Assembly (NCBI GenBank): GCA_965217895.1
Contig: CBDCJV010000002.1
Coordinates: 4,032,001 to 4,096,000 of the forward strand
DNA: 64,000 nucleotides
From: Waterburya sp.
GTDB lineage: Bacteria > Cyanobacteriota > Cyanobacteriia > Cyanobacteriales > Xenococcaceae
Direction of reading: 5' to 3'
This document shows positions 1 through 10,144 of the stretch, in pieces. The notes beneath the pieces were generated by a model that was not told the DNA's origin, did no database searches, and saw nothing but the letters and a program-made list of their open reading frames with translations. The translations under genes and the position numbers were made by a program. Numbering within the stretch: position 1 is the stretch's first letter; each line of letters starts with the position of its first letter.

Positions 1-98
1 AGCATCAAACATAGATTAATTTTATGATTTTAATTTTTCACTTATTTTAATAATTTTCAGGTATCGAGTGAGTCTTGGGCAATCTAATTTCTCTATTT

Positions 99-117
99 AA
101 CGCGAGTTCGGGATAAG
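99..117. mobile_element. Isolated IS982-like terminal inverted repeat remnant
   Basis: AACGCGAGTTCGGGATAAG; the minus strand reads ...YPELAL, resembling cyanobacterial IS982-family ends as I recall them. No partner end or transposase seen. Confidence 0.35.
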
Positions 118-146
118 AATATTAATCGAGACAGGTAGCTATAAGC

Positions 147-440
147 CTGCACTGCCTGACACATTTCAGTAAAAGCCAATTGGAATGGCATTTAATTTCC
201 TGAATACGACTAAACCGAATAACATCATAGTAATGCTCCCTAGCTTTCTGAGAAGCAAAGCAAGGTTGAACATCTTGAGAAAATAAAGCGGTGGGGACAA
301 TAAGTCACGACCTTTATGCAAAACTTTTTTAAGCCATCTCATACCGATTTTGAGACAGCTAAGACTTTGTTTCCTGTTTCCAATGAGGATCTACTTTTAT
401 ATCTAAAGAACTGGTACTGCTCTTCCACTGCAAACAATTA
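147..440 (-). pseudogene. Degraded IS4-family-like transposase C-terminal fragment with putative IS end
   Basis: Joining minus-strand frames gives VDPHWKQ/SLSCLKIGMRWLKK/LHKGRDLL/ALFSQDVQPCFASQKAREHYYDVIRFSRIQEIKCH, resembling cyanobacterial IS4-type transposase C-termini. Frameshifts include a 7-bp duplication TGTTTCC (368-381). Putative end CTGCACTGCCTGACACATTT at 147-166. Confidence 0.5.
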
Positions 441-484
441 AAAGGTGAATTAAGATAAAAATTCTGGAATTGAGCAACTAAAAG

Positions 485-512
485 AAAGGATATTTTGAAC
501 AAAATATCCTTT
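485..512. terminator. 13-bp inverted repeat, likely terminator of the 2OG-Fe(II) oxygenase gene
   Basis: AAAGGATATTTTG-AA-CAAAATATCCTTT, 40 bp downstream of the stop at 553. Confidence 0.55.
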
Positions 513-552
513 TGCCAACGCTAGTTTTTGCGTAATTATCTAGTTTTTGAGC

Positions 553-1353
553 TTAACGACCCAAAATTCTTTTTAAGGCTTTCTTTTGTTGTGATGCCCA
601 AAGTAAAGGAGTGCCGGCTTTTGACCACAGAGGCATAGGGATAGGAGACCAATAGTAAATCGAAAGTAGTCTACGGCTACGATTTAGAGGGCAAGTTAGA
701 GGAGTAGGTACGCCGTGGAAAGTTTTAGCAGTAGTGGGAAAAATAATGGTGCGGTTGAAATAAGGGGTATAACTAACCAGATCTTGAGGATCGTGAGGGT
801 TTTGTAATGCTAATTCTCCGCCCCAACTGCTGTCCCAATCTTCATTAAGATAAATCAACAGGTTAAAGCGACGCATCAATGGCAAAGAAAAATGCTTGGT
901 ATAGTCGGCGTGGATTTCTAACCAACCACCTTGGTACATTTCATGTAAACCTGCTCCAAAAAACAAAGGATCGCCCACCAAGTTTTCTACACCGACAATT
1001 CCTTCTATGGCACGAATAAAATCTTTTGAATTTAGCCAGAGACAAAACATTTGTGTAAACATCGATAGACCATCGATACCCTTAGAAGTAGTTTTTAACT
1101 CATGGGCAGTATCCCAAACTATCCAGTCTCGCTCTTTTGATTTGGGAAAATCTGCCACTAAGCGATTTAGTGTCTCAGGTTCAAAAAGATTATCAATAAC
1201 TAAATGAGGATATGGCTTTCCTTGAAGATAAGACTCTTTTAAAGAATCTGATTGAAGACGTAAACGGTCTAAAGTCGAAGTAAAGGTAGACAAACGTATA
1301 ATTTCATTGTCATTTTCTAAATCCAAGGAAGACATATTAACTTCAGTATTCAT
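553..1353 (-). CDS. 2OG-Fe(II) oxygenase family protein
   Basis: HxD (IHADY), distal His (TFHGV) and Arg (RRLLSIYYW); PYPHLVIDN N-terminal motif; WGGEL segment. Confidence 0.85.
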   Translation of the reverse strand: MNTEVNMSSLDLENDNEIIRLSTFTSTLDRLRLQSDSLKESYLQGKPYPHLVIDNLFEPETLNRLVADFPKSKERDWIVWDTAHELKTTSKGIDGLSMFTQMFCLWLNSKDFIRAIEGIVGVENLVGDPLFFGAGLHEMYQGGWLEIHADYTKHFSLPLMRRFNLLIYLNEDWDSSWGGELALQNPHDPQDLVSYTPYFNRTIIFPTTAKTFHGVPTPLTCPLNRSRRLLSIYYWSPIPMPLWSKAGTPLLWASQQKKALKRILGR

Positions 1354-1419
1354 AATATAGTTTTCTAAAATAATTAGGTTTTAATTTTCACCAACCTAAC
1401 AGACGATCATTTCAAGGTC

Positions 1420-1446
1420 ATGACAATTTTATGACAATAATGACAA
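1420..1446 (-). promoter_or_regulatory. Tandem TTGTCAT repeats, candidate OmpR/PhoB-type binding box
   Basis: ATGACAA at 1420, 1431 and 1440 (11- and 9-bp spacing), 67-93 bp upstream of the oxygenase start. Confidence 0.45.
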
Positions 1447-1489
1447 ACACTTACTTCTTAAAAAGGCACTTAGTAAACGATGACACGCC

Positions 1490-2593
1490 TCAAGAACGAA
1501 ATTTTCTAACAGGCAAGAAAAATTTAAAAGTACTGCCTACTCCTAACTGGCTGATAACAAATATTTCTCCTCCGTGAAGTTCTACCAAACGACGACTGAT
1601 GGCTAAACCAATACCTGTACCACCATATTTCTGGGAGCGGGATTTTGACGATCGCCAGAAGCGTTGAAACACATGAGCTAATTCTTCTTCAGGAATTCCC
1701 GAGCCAGTATCGGTCAGGGAAATCCAGACTCGATCAATATCAAACCAAGCATTGAGGGTAATCTGACCTTGAGGAGTATGGCGAATGGCGTTACTCAGCA
1801 AATTAACCAAAATCTGTTCTAGGCGATCGCTGTCTGCCATAATGTAGGGCAAATGATTAGGACAGTCTAAGCTTAAAGTGCGATCGCTATCTAATAATTG
1901 ATCGCTAAACTTTTCGACTAAGGGTTTAAGAATAGAGCGCAGGTTTACTGGACGCAAATTGATAGCCAGGTTTCCTGCTTCGGCTTGAGATAGTTCTTGT
2001 AGATCATTAACCAAACGCTGAAGACGCTTGGTTTCACGAATTAGCCGAGCATAAATTTGCGAGTTTGCCAGAATAATACCATCGGCAATCTCTTCTAAAC
2101 GTCCACGAATTATGGTCAGAGGTGTTCGTAACTCATGGGTAAGGTCGTCAATAATTTCTCGCCTTCTCTGTTCTACATCCTCTAAACTAGCTGCCATACG
2201 ATTAAAACCCATGGCAAGGCGATCTAATTCAGGAATTTCTAAATGGGGCATTCTTTCATTTAACTTACCGTCGGCAAATTTATCAACAATACTTTCCATT
2301 TGATTTAATGGCTGGACAATTCGCTTGGCAATCCAATAGCTAAGGATTCCTGCTGCTAAAGTACCGATTAAAAATGACCAAAAATTACCTCTAGCCCAAG
2401 CTGTCTTAAATACTTCTAAAAGCAAAGAATTGGCAGTATATATACTTAAGTCTTTTCCTTCTAAACTTCTGACCTGAAATAGAAAAAATCGGGGGGAAAA
2501 AAAGTTCCCCACTATGGAAGAGGCTGTCACCCCTACAACAGTCACCAAAATATGGGAAAAAAAAAGTCGTGCCTGTAAATTCAGCTTTCTCAT
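1490..2593 (-). CDS. HAMP-domain membrane sensor histidine kinase
   Basis: Two TM helices, HAMP, H-box THELRTPLT, N-box NLLSNAIRH, G-boxes DTGSGI and GTGIGL. ATG at 2593 chosen because the longer ORF overlaps the upstream regulator. Confidence 0.9.
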   Translation of the reverse strand: MRKLNLQARLFFSHILVTVVGVTASSIVGNFFSPRFFLFQVRSLEGKDLSIYTANSLLLEVFKTAWARGNFWSFLIGTLAAGILSYWIAKRIVQPLNQMESIVDKFADGKLNERMPHLEIPELDRLAMGFNRMAASLEDVEQRRREIIDDLTHELRTPLTIIRGRLEEIADGIILANSQIYARLIRETKRLQRLVNDLQELSQAEAGNLAINLRPVNLRSILKPLVEKFSDQLLDSDRTLSLDCPNHLPYIMADSDRLEQILVNLLSNAIRHTPQGQITLNAWFDIDRVWISLTDTGSGIPEEELAHVFQRFWRSSKSRSQKYGGTGIGLAISRRLVELHGGEIFVISQLGVGSTFKFFLPVRKFRS

Positions 2594-2612
2594 TTTGCTC
2601 TGGCTAAAATGA

Positions 2613-3314
2613 CTATAAGTCTTCAAATTTATAACCCACGCCGACAACAGTTTGAATAAAGATTGGTTTACTGGCATGGGGTTCAACTTTCTTACGTAGT
2701 CTAGCTATATGAGTATCAATCACTCTTTCTTCTCCAAAGAAATCATCACCCCAGAGCTTTTCAATTAGCTGTCCCCTTTCCCAAACTCTGCCTGGATGTT
2801 TGATAAACAAAGCCATGAGCTTAAATTCAGAAGAAGATAAATCTAACTGTTCTATTGATTCAGAATCCAAGTGGCGATTAATACAGTGCTGTTCTAGGTC
2901 AATAGTAAAAGATTTGGTTTTAATCAATCCCTGGCGATCGCTTTCTCGCAAACGACGACGTAATAAAGCTCGCACCCTGGCCACTAATTCTCTAGGGCTA
3001 AAAGGTTTGATGTAATAATCATCAGCCCCTGTAGACAAACCGATGATGCGATCAATTTCTTCCCCCCTAGAAGTCAACATCAAAATATAAGGGTCATTAG
3101 CCGCTGATTTTTGGCGAATTTGGGTGCATATTTCTAAACCATCTATTCCAGGAAGTCTAATATCGAGAATAATTAAGTCAGGCTGTAGTTCAGCAAAAAG
3201 CTGTAAAGCTGCATCACCATTATGACAGACGCAACAAGAAAACCCTTCTGCTACCAAACATTCTTGAATGATTTGGGCTATCTCACGTTCGTCTTCAACG
3301 ATTAAAATCTCCAT
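2613..3314 (-). CDS. OmpR-family response regulator
   Basis: REC domain (VEDE, ILDIRLP, KPFS) plus winged helix (RVIDTHIARLRKK, TVVGVGYK). Confidence 0.93.
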   Translation of the reverse strand: MEILIVEDEREIAQIIQECLVAEGFSCCVCHNGDAALQLFAELQPDLIILDIRLPGIDGLEICTQIRQKSAANDPYILMLTSRGEEIDRIIGLSTGADDYYIKPFSPRELVARVRALLRRRLRESDRQGLIKTKSFTIDLEQHCINRHLDSESIEQLDLSSSEFKLMALFIKHPGRVWERGQLIEKLWGDDFFGEERVIDTHIARLRKKVEPHASKPIFIQTVVGVGYKFEDL

Positions 3315-3461
3315 AGTTAGGCAAATTACCTTTTTTATGATTTAAGCATTTGATATTTAATTGCACCTTCACAGTTATGTAATTTTATGATCTTTCCTGG
3401 AACGAGTAAAAAACACAATGCTAAAAAGTATTATAATTATCCTAAATTTTTAAGAAATAAT

Positions 3462-3866
3462 ATGGCTGATATTGTTGATATTGCGGTGAACACAGAGGGT
3501 TTTAGTACATTGGTTGCTGCGGTTAAGGCAGCTAATTTGGTAGAAACCTTGAAAACGCCAGGACCATTTACCGTTTTCGCGCCCAATGATGCTGCCTTCG
3601 CCAAGCTACCTCCAGGCACAGTTCAAACCTTGGTTCAGAATCCGCCTCAATTAGCCAGAATACTAACTTATCATGTGGTTGCTGGGAAATTAACCAAGGC
3701 AGATTTGAGTCAGGTAGATTCTGTAGATTCTGTAGAAGGTTCGCCAATTTCAATCAATTGTAACGATGATACTTTTGAAGTAAAAAATGCTACCGCGATC
3801 GCAGCAGATATTGAGGCTGACAACGGCATTATTCATGTAATTGATAACGTTATTTTGATGGGATGA
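3462..3866 (+). CDS. Fasciclin (FAS1) domain protein
   Basis: [29 protein letters not shown] motifs; start at MADIVDIA. Confidence 0.92.
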   Translation: MADIVDIAVNTEGFSTLVAAVKAANLVETLKTPGPFTVFAPNDAAFAKLPPGTVQTLVQNPPQLARILTYHVVAGKLTKADLSQVDSVDSVEGSPISINCNDDTFEVKNATAIAADIEADNGIIHVIDNVILMG

Positions 3867-4003
3867 CACTAGGGAGACTCCGCTCAAGTGGGCGAGAGAC
3901 TCCTAATAAAAATATTATTTGCTCTGCTGACCTATCTGCGAAATATCTGTTAGAAGTATAAAATCGAAAGCTTGGCTTAGTATTAAACATTAAATAACAA
4001 AAC

Positions 4004-4049
4004 GGGGAGAGTAAAGGTATACGTTATTGTTTTAGGCTTTACTTTCCTC
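4004..4049. terminator. Hairpin between convergent genes
   Basis: GGGGAGAGTAAAG...CTTTACTTTCCTC followed by a T-rich tract. Confidence 0.4.
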
Positions 4050-4079
4050 GTCTTTTTTACTTGTGGTTAAAGCAAGTAG

Positions 4080-4460
4080 TTAGTCTAGATATCCCATAAG
4101 ACTAGCAGTCTCATCTGATTCATTAGATGCTATGGGGCGATTTCCCATAATATAAGAGTCGCTGATTTGAAGAGTGCTAGCTGCAATAGGACGATTTCCT
4201 GATATGGCCAGAGTACTACTAAATTCAACAGTACCTTTGGAAACTGGACGATCCGAGCCGACAGAAGAATAGGTGTGAACTATTTCTATGTGACTTGGTT
4301 CAATGGGTCTATTTTGAGGTAGCATTGCCCTAGGCTGAACCGATAAGGCTAAGGCTTTGTCATCTGTCTTAGCAGCTTTGGCTTTAGTAGCTGTAGTAGC
4401 TGTGGTTTTGGTACTGGTTTCTTTTGTCTGAGTACTGCTGGTTTTATTTTCTTCAGCCAT
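4080..4460 (-). CDS. Hypothetical protein with four (N/D)RP(I/V) repeats
   Basis: Clean ORF with upstream AGGAG; low-complexity T/K/A N-terminus; repeats QNRPI, SDRPV, GNRPI, GNRPI about 18-21 aa apart. Confidence 0.75.
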   Translation of the reverse strand: MAEENKTSSTQTKETSTKTTATTATKAKAAKTDDKALALSVQPRAMLPQNRPIEPSHIEIVHTYSSVGSDRPVSKGTVEFSSTLAISGNRPIAASTLQISDSYIMGNRPIASNESDETASLMGYLD

Positions 4461-4827
4461 TAGGATTATCTCCTGAACTTGATTTGATAAAGTTATTGGT
4501 TAAGTTACTAATTATCGATTACTTTTATTTTTTTTTAATAACTTCTCTTATTCTTGCATTCTCTGGATTTGACGACAAGAGTTAGTTAATCAGAATAAGT
4601 TTTGGCTATATTTACTACTGTTTATAGTTTAGGACTTACTCACCCAGTTTTCGGCTGAGACAATATGTTCCTCAATGTCCGATTGAATTGAATTGGTTTT
4701 GCCTCTTTGACGATTCTTTTCTGCTGTAATCATCATCTCACGGCTTTTCGGTATTTTTGACCTCCGACCTCTGACCCCTCATAGTTTAAGATTGAGGTAT
4801 TCATCAAACTCACGTTACTGTTAATCT

Positions 4828-6168
4828 ATGAACAACGCCAGCAAAAAATATAACATCGTCACCTTCGGTTGCCAGATGAATAAAGCTGATTCTGAGCGCA
4901 TGGCTGGCGTATTGGAAAATATGGGTTTTGAAGCTTCAGAAGATCCTAATCTGGCAGACTTGGTTCTCTATAATACCTGTACTATTAGGGACAATGCTGA
5001 ACAAAAGGTTTATTCTTACTTAGGCAGACAGGCAAAACGTAAGCATCAACAACCAGAACTAACTTTAGTTGTGGCGGGATGTGTAGCACAACAGGAAGGG
5101 GAAAAGCTTCTACGCCGTGTTCCAGAATTAGATTTGGTCATGGGACCACAACACGCCAATCGCTTGGAAGATCTGCTGCAACAGGTTTTTGATGGTAGTC
5201 AGGTAGTTGCAACCGAGTCGATTCAGATTGTCGAAGATATTACTAAACCCCGTCGCGATAGTGATGTTACTGCTTGGGTAAATATAATTTATGGCTGCAA
5301 TGAACGGTGTAGTTACTGCGTCGTGCCTAACGTAAGGGGTACAGAGCAGTCTCGCACCCCTGAAGCTATTAGAGCCGAAATGGAGGAATTGAGCCAACAG
5401 GGATATAAAGAGATTACTTTATTAGGACAAAATATTGATGCCTACGGCAGAGATTTACCAGGTAGCACTCCCGAAGGCAGACATAAGCATACTCTGACGG
5501 ATTTACTTTACTATGTTCACGATCTTCCTGGGGTCGATCGCCTGAGATTTGCCACTAGCCATCCTCGTTATTTTACCGAAAGATTAATCGAGGCTTGTAA
5601 AGAATTGCCTAATGTCTGCGAACACTTTCATATTCCTTTTCAGTCAGGAGACAATAATATTCTCAAGGCAATGAAGCGGGGTTATACCCACGAGAAATAT
5701 CGTCGCATCATTAAGACTATTCGCGAATATATGCCCGATGCTTCGATTACCGCTGATGCTATTGTGGGTTTTCCTGGTGAAACAGAAGCACAGTTTGAAA
5801 ATACTCTCAAGCTAGTAGAAGATATCGAATTCGATCTAATTAACACTGCGGCATATTCTCCTCGCCCTGGCACTCCTGCTGCTTTGTGGTCTAATCAGTT
5901 GAGCGAAGAGGTAAAAAGCGATCGCCTTCAGCGTTTAAATCGTCTAGTTTCTGTCTGCGCTGAAGCCCGTTCTCAGCGTTATTTGGGAAGAGTTGAAGAG
6001 ATCTTAGTCGAAGCCCAAAACACTAAAGATCCTCATCAGGTTATGGGTCGAACCAGAGGTAATCGCCTGACATTTTTCCCTGGCAATATTGAAGAACTAA
6101 AAGGTAAGACCGTAAAAGTAAAAATTACTGAAATTCGCTCTTTTAGTTTGACTGGAGAAATTATTTAG
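4828..6168 (+). CDS. miaB: tRNA i6A37 methylthiotransferase
   Basis: [15 protein letters not shown]0004 domain, radical [12 protein letters not shown]-terminal TRAM domain. Confidence 0.96.
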   Translation: MNNASKKYNIVTFGCQMNKADSERMAGVLENMGFEASEDPNLADLVLYNTCTIRDNAEQKVYSYLGRQAKRKHQQPELTLVVAGCVAQQEGEKLLRRVPELDLVMGPQHANRLEDLLQQVFDGSQVVATESIQIVEDITKPRRDSDVTAWVNIIYGCNERCSYCVVPNVRGTEQSRTPEAIRAEMEELSQQGYKEITLLGQNIDAYGRDLPGSTPEGRHKHTLTDLLYYVHDLPGVDRLRFATSHPRYFTERLIEACKELPNVCEHFHIPFQSGDNNILKAMKRGYTHEKYRRIIKTIREYMPDASITADAIVGFPGETEAQFENTLKLVEDIEFDLINTAAYSPRPGTPAALWSNQLSEEVKSDRLQRLNRLVSVCAEARSQRYLGRVEEILVEAQNTKDPHQVMGRTRGNRLTFFPGNIEELKGKTVKVKITEIRSFSLTGEII

Positions 6169-6221
6169 ACTGATAAAAAGAAAACACCGCAAGGTAGGGA
6201 TAGATAGTGATTTAATTCATA

Positions 6222-6480
6222 TAGGACTTACGCACTCGCCCCCTAAATCCCCCAAGGCGAGCGACCCCCGCGCATGGTTCAGCAGTTTGCTTATGCCAGG
6301 GAACCTGTCCACCGCAACTGCTTCACCGCGTCGCCGTCAGGCGCAAGCGTCCGACACGAGGGCATCCCTAAACGGGAAGCCACGCGGACTTGGGAATGCG
6401 CGAGAGGGGGACTTTTAATTCTTGTTCCCCCAAACTTGGGGGGCTAGGGGGGCAAAACTCGTTAAACTGCGTAAGTCCTA
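6222..6480. mobile_element. MITE-like element with 13-bp TIRs and nested GC-rich palindromes
   Basis: TAGGACTTACGCA (6222-6234) and TGCGTAAGTCCTA (6468-6480); flanking direct repeat TCATA at 6217-6221 and 6481-6485; no transposase. Confidence 0.75.
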
Positions 6481-6521
6481 TCATACTAATAAACTGTTAG
6501 TTTTTTTAAAAAAGGTCTATT

Positions 6522-6974
6522 ATGGTTGAAATTAGTCATGAAACGCCAATCCAAACAGAAAATAGGCTGTTAAAAGTTATCGCTCAAAGTGAAAATTTAA
6601 ACTTTTTGCAAAAAGCTATACTTTTGAAGAATTTCTCCTAGATAATTTTTCTAACTTAGCTCGTCAAGATGCGTTAGCATTGTTTAGAGATAATCAAGTC
6701 TGGAGTCAATTAGTACCTTCGAGTAACTCTACTCAAGAACAATTCAAAGTATTTTCATTTCACTTTCAAGATTGCACCGACAATAGTGGTTTTGTTGGTT
6801 GGCTGGCTAGCCATCTAAAAACTAAGTTAGGTACTGGTGTCTTTGTTACCTGCGGGCAAAATATCAAGCGTGGTGGTATCTTCGACTATTGGGGGTTGTC
6901 CATTAGAGATTTCTGAGGATTTAATTAGTGAAATTGAGCAGTTAATCGTTAAAGGAAAAAAATTGCATTTCTAA
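6522..6974 (+). pseudogene. DUF6196-like gene with two frameshifts
   Basis: MVEISHETPIQTENRLLKVIAQSE / shift near 6594 / FKLFAKSYTFEEF...DNSGFVGWLASHLK...GGIFDYWG / shift at G5 near 6893 / CPLEISEDLISEIEQL...stop. Confidence 0.7.
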
Positions 6975-6978
6975 CTAA

Positions 6979-7383
<405 letters not shown>

Positions 7384-7537
7384 GGCGATCGCACATATTA
7401 AATATTATTTGGTGAGTAATTAGTTATTTACGATCGGCTTGGTCATCTAAAGAAAAGCGATCGCCATATTACTAAATTGGATTTTCTTCGTTGACAACTA
7501 AAATACCTGTGCGAATTCTTGTATATGTCATTATGAG

Positions 7538-8326
7538 CTAAAATGCAGTCAAAAAGAACAATATCAAAGCTTCACTCCATTCTACTACCGCACCATAAGT
7601 ATCTCCTGTGTGTCCGCCGAGCTGTTTGTTGAACCAATATCCAGTTAAAAGTGCGATCGCGCTATTCCCTAACACAATTACTCCTACTTGCCACCAGGAT
7701 AAATAGCCTACGGTAAACCATAAACCGCTACAGGCTAATAAAATAGACAAACTCAGCAGTATATCTTGGGGTAAGCGTAAGTTTTCCTTATGAAATGAAC
7801 CTTTTCCTGTTGCTCGCAGATAAGGATAAAAAGCGATCGCACATACCTGTCCCCATCTTGCCCAACCTGTTGCTGAGATTAATACAAGCCAAATAGGCAA
7901 AGACATATCAGATAGAGCTACAGTTTTTAATAACAGGATGATTATTGCTGCGATCGCGCCAAATGCTCCTGTTGCACTGTCTTTCATTACTTCTAGTTGG
8001 CGTTCTTTGTCCGTTACAGACAAACCATCAGCCGTATCCATTGCCCCATCAAGATGTAAACCACCTGTAATACCTACCCAGACTGTCACAATTAGAGCTT
8101 TGCTAGTTAAGTTTGGTAATCCAGCAAAAACTAGCAGCATATTCAATAAAGCCAGCAATAATCCGATCAGTAAGCCAATTACAGGACACCAACGAGCAAT
8201 TCGTGACCAGTTGTTAGTCCACGGAGAAGGCAGAGGAACAACAGTATAAAATATGACACCGCTATTAAAGGAAGTGATTGAGTCATTGATCCATGACAAA
8301 AAAAATTTAATAGGTATTTTTAACAT
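7538..8326 (-). CDS. cobS: Adenosylcobinamide-GDP ribazoletransferase (cobalamin synthase)
   Basis: TGGLHLDGAMDTADG, MKDSATGAFG, GGHTGDTYGA motifs; polytopic. Confidence 0.93.
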   Translation of the reverse strand: MLKIPIKFFLSWINDSITSFNSGVIFYTVVPLPSPWTNNWSRIARWCPVIGLLIGLLLALLNMLLVFAGLPNLTSKALIVTVWVGITGGLHLDGAMDTADGLSVTDKERQLEVMKDSATGAFGAIAAIIILLLKTVALSDMSLPIWLVLISATGWARWGQVCAIAFYPYLRATGKGSFHKENLRLPQDILLSLSILLACSGLWFTVGYLSWWQVGVIVLGNSAIALLTGYWFNKQLGGHTGDTYGAVVEWSEALILFFLTAF

Positions 8327-8468
8327 GGATAAATTCTTGATTAAAATTAGATTAAATACAGGGGAAATATTGGGCTACTATTATTTAATAAGCTACTTTA
8401 TTTTTACAGCATATTTCTAACCAAAAATTTTCAAACTCAGGTAATTTGAAGATTCAAATATAATTCCT

Positions 8469-8918
8469 ATGAATAGACACGATCCCATAAAACCATGCCC
8501 CGCACCTTGTATTGTAGAGGAGGGAATTTTAGTTAACCAAGATGATATTAAACGTTTATTAGCTGATTTATATAATGTGTACTATGTCCACACTATAGGC
8601 GATCGAGTAAGTAATGAAGGTCAAGGATTAATCCAAGAAATATTTAGCGATAAACATCAATCTACTTTAATTGCTAATCAAAACCTATATATAAATATTC
8701 AAAGTTTTGACTATTTACAGCTAAGTAGATCTACTAGCAACCAAGCTTGTTATGATCTAATTCAAGATAATCGTCAGCTACGTCTTATTCCCACCGTTAA
8801 TCCCAATAAAACTCAGGTTGCCTCTAGAAATATTGATACTGAGACTATTGAAGCAATGGTTGCAGAAGTTTTGTCTGCTCGTTTGGATGTGCAGCTTGAT
8901 GATGAAGAATTCGAGTAA
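8469..8918 (+). CDS. Hypothetical protein
   Basis: 149-aa ORF co-oriented with tgt, PAPCIV N-terminal motif, acidic tail. Confidence 0.7.
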   Translation: MNRHDPIKPCPAPCIVEEGILVNQDDIKRLLADLYNVYYVHTIGDRVSNEGQGLIQEIFSDKHQSTLIANQNLYINIQSFDYLQLSRSTSNQACYDLIQDNRQLRLIPTVNPNKTQVASRNIDTETIEAMVAEVLSARLDVQLDDEEFE

Positions 8919-8923
8919 TTGGC

Positions 8924-8988
8924 TAGGGGCGATTCGCGAATCGCCCGTACAATAAATTAGTTAGGGGCGAACGGTGGTTCGCCCGTAC
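8924..8988. repeat. Two REP-like palindromes in tandem
   Basis: TAGGGGCGATTCGCGAATCGCCCGTAC (8924-8950) and TAGGGGCGAACGGTGGTTCGCCCGTAC (8962-8988). Confidence 0.75.
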
Positions 8989-8999
8989 GGTAAAATATA

Positions 9000-10112
9000 G
9001 TGGGATTTTCATTTGAGTGTCAGGCAACCTGTGAGCATACCTATGCTAGAGCAGGAATTTTTCATACACCTCACGGCATTGTCGAAACTCCTCGGTTTAT
9101 GCCTGTCGGTACTTTAGCAACTGTAAAAGGCATTATTCCCCAACAGCTAGAGGCAGCTAATGCCCAAATGATTCTAGCCAATACCTATCATCTTCATTTG
9201 CAGCCTGGGGAAGATATTATAAAAGAGGCTGGGGGTTTGCACAGCTTTATGGCTTGGAATCAGCCAATCTTGACAGATTCAGGAGGATTTCAAGTTTTTA
9301 GCCTCAGTGAAATGCGTCAGATTAGCGAAGCAGGAGTTATTTTTAAATCTCCTCGTGATGGCAGCATGATTAATATTACCCCAGAGAAATCGATTCAAAT
9401 TCAAAATGCTCTTGGTGCTGACGTGATTATGGCGTTTGATGAATGTCCTCCCGCCGATGCCACAAAGGAACAGGTACAAGCTGCTACAGATAGAAGCTAC
9501 CGCTGGTTAAAGCGATGTGTTGAGGCTCATGAAAATACTGACAAGCAAGCTTTATTTGGTATTGTTCAAGGAGGAATACATCTCGATCTGCGGACTAAAG
9601 CAGTTGAACAACTGGCAGCCTTAAGCTTACCTGGCTACGCGATTGGGGGAGTTAGCGTCGGCGAAGATCCTCGGTTAATTAACGCTACGGTGAAGCATGC
9701 TGCGCCCTTGTTACCTATTGATAAACCCCGTTATCTGATGGGTGTGGGAACTTATAAAGAAATGGCGATCGCGATCGCTTCTGGGATAGACTTATTTGAC
9801 TGTGTAATTCCCACTCGTCTTGGTCGTCATGGCACTGCCTTAGTTCAGGGCAAACGCATTAATATTAAGAATGCTCAGTATAAGCGAGATTATCAGCCTC
9901 TAGATGCAGGCTGTAGTTGTTATGCCTGTCAAAACTTTAGTCGTGCTTATCTAAATCACATGGTGCGATCGCAAGAAATACTAGGCTATATTATGTTATC
10001 TCTGCACAACGTGACAGAATTAATTCGTTTTACTCAGCAAATCCGTAGTTCGATTTTTCAAGGTACTTTTACTACGGACTTTGCTCATTGGTTAACCGAG
10101 ATTGAAACTTGA
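9000..10112 (+). CDS. tgt: tRNA-guanine transglycosylase
   Basis: [33 protein letters not shown], zinc site CSCYAC...H. Confidence 0.96.
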   Translation: MGFSFECQATCEHTYARAGIFHTPHGIVETPRFMPVGTLATVKGIIPQQLEAANAQMILANTYHLHLQPGEDIIKEAGGLHSFMAWNQPILTDSGGFQVFSLSEMRQISEAGVIFKSPRDGSMINITPEKSIQIQNALGADVIMAFDECPPADATKEQVQAATDRSYRWLKRCVEAHENTDKQALFGIVQGGIHLDLRTKAVEQLAALSLPGYAIGGVSVGEDPRLINATVKHAAPLLPIDKPRYLMGVGTYKEMAIAIASGIDLFDCVIPTRLGRHGTALVQGKRINIKNAQYKRDYQPLDAGCSCYACQNFSRAYLNHMVRSQEILGYIMLSLHNVTELIRFTQQIRSSIFQGTFTTDFAHWLTEIET

Positions 10113-10144
10113 TTTAGCAGATACAATTTAGCCAAGAGAAAAAA

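Noticed and set aside
1..12. Minus-strand ATG TTT GAT GCT (MFDA) running off the window, like the start of cyanobacterial Ffh
   Set aside because: Only four codons are visible, too few to call
368..381. GGAAACA-GGAAACA on the minus strand, resembling the Yfr2 sRNA loop motif
   Set aside because: Better explained as a 7-bp duplication within a transposase remnant; no enclosing stem seen
6680..6916. 78-aa ORF in the track
   Set aside because: It is the middle fragment of the frameshifted DUF6196-like gene
8327..8468. Possible cobalamin riboswitch upstream of cobS
   Set aside because: Short, very AT-rich and lacks a recognisable B12-box structure
8924..8988. Repeat-spacer-repeat pattern as a mini CRISPR
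   Set aside because: Only two units with differing cores, an 11-bp spacer and no cas genes
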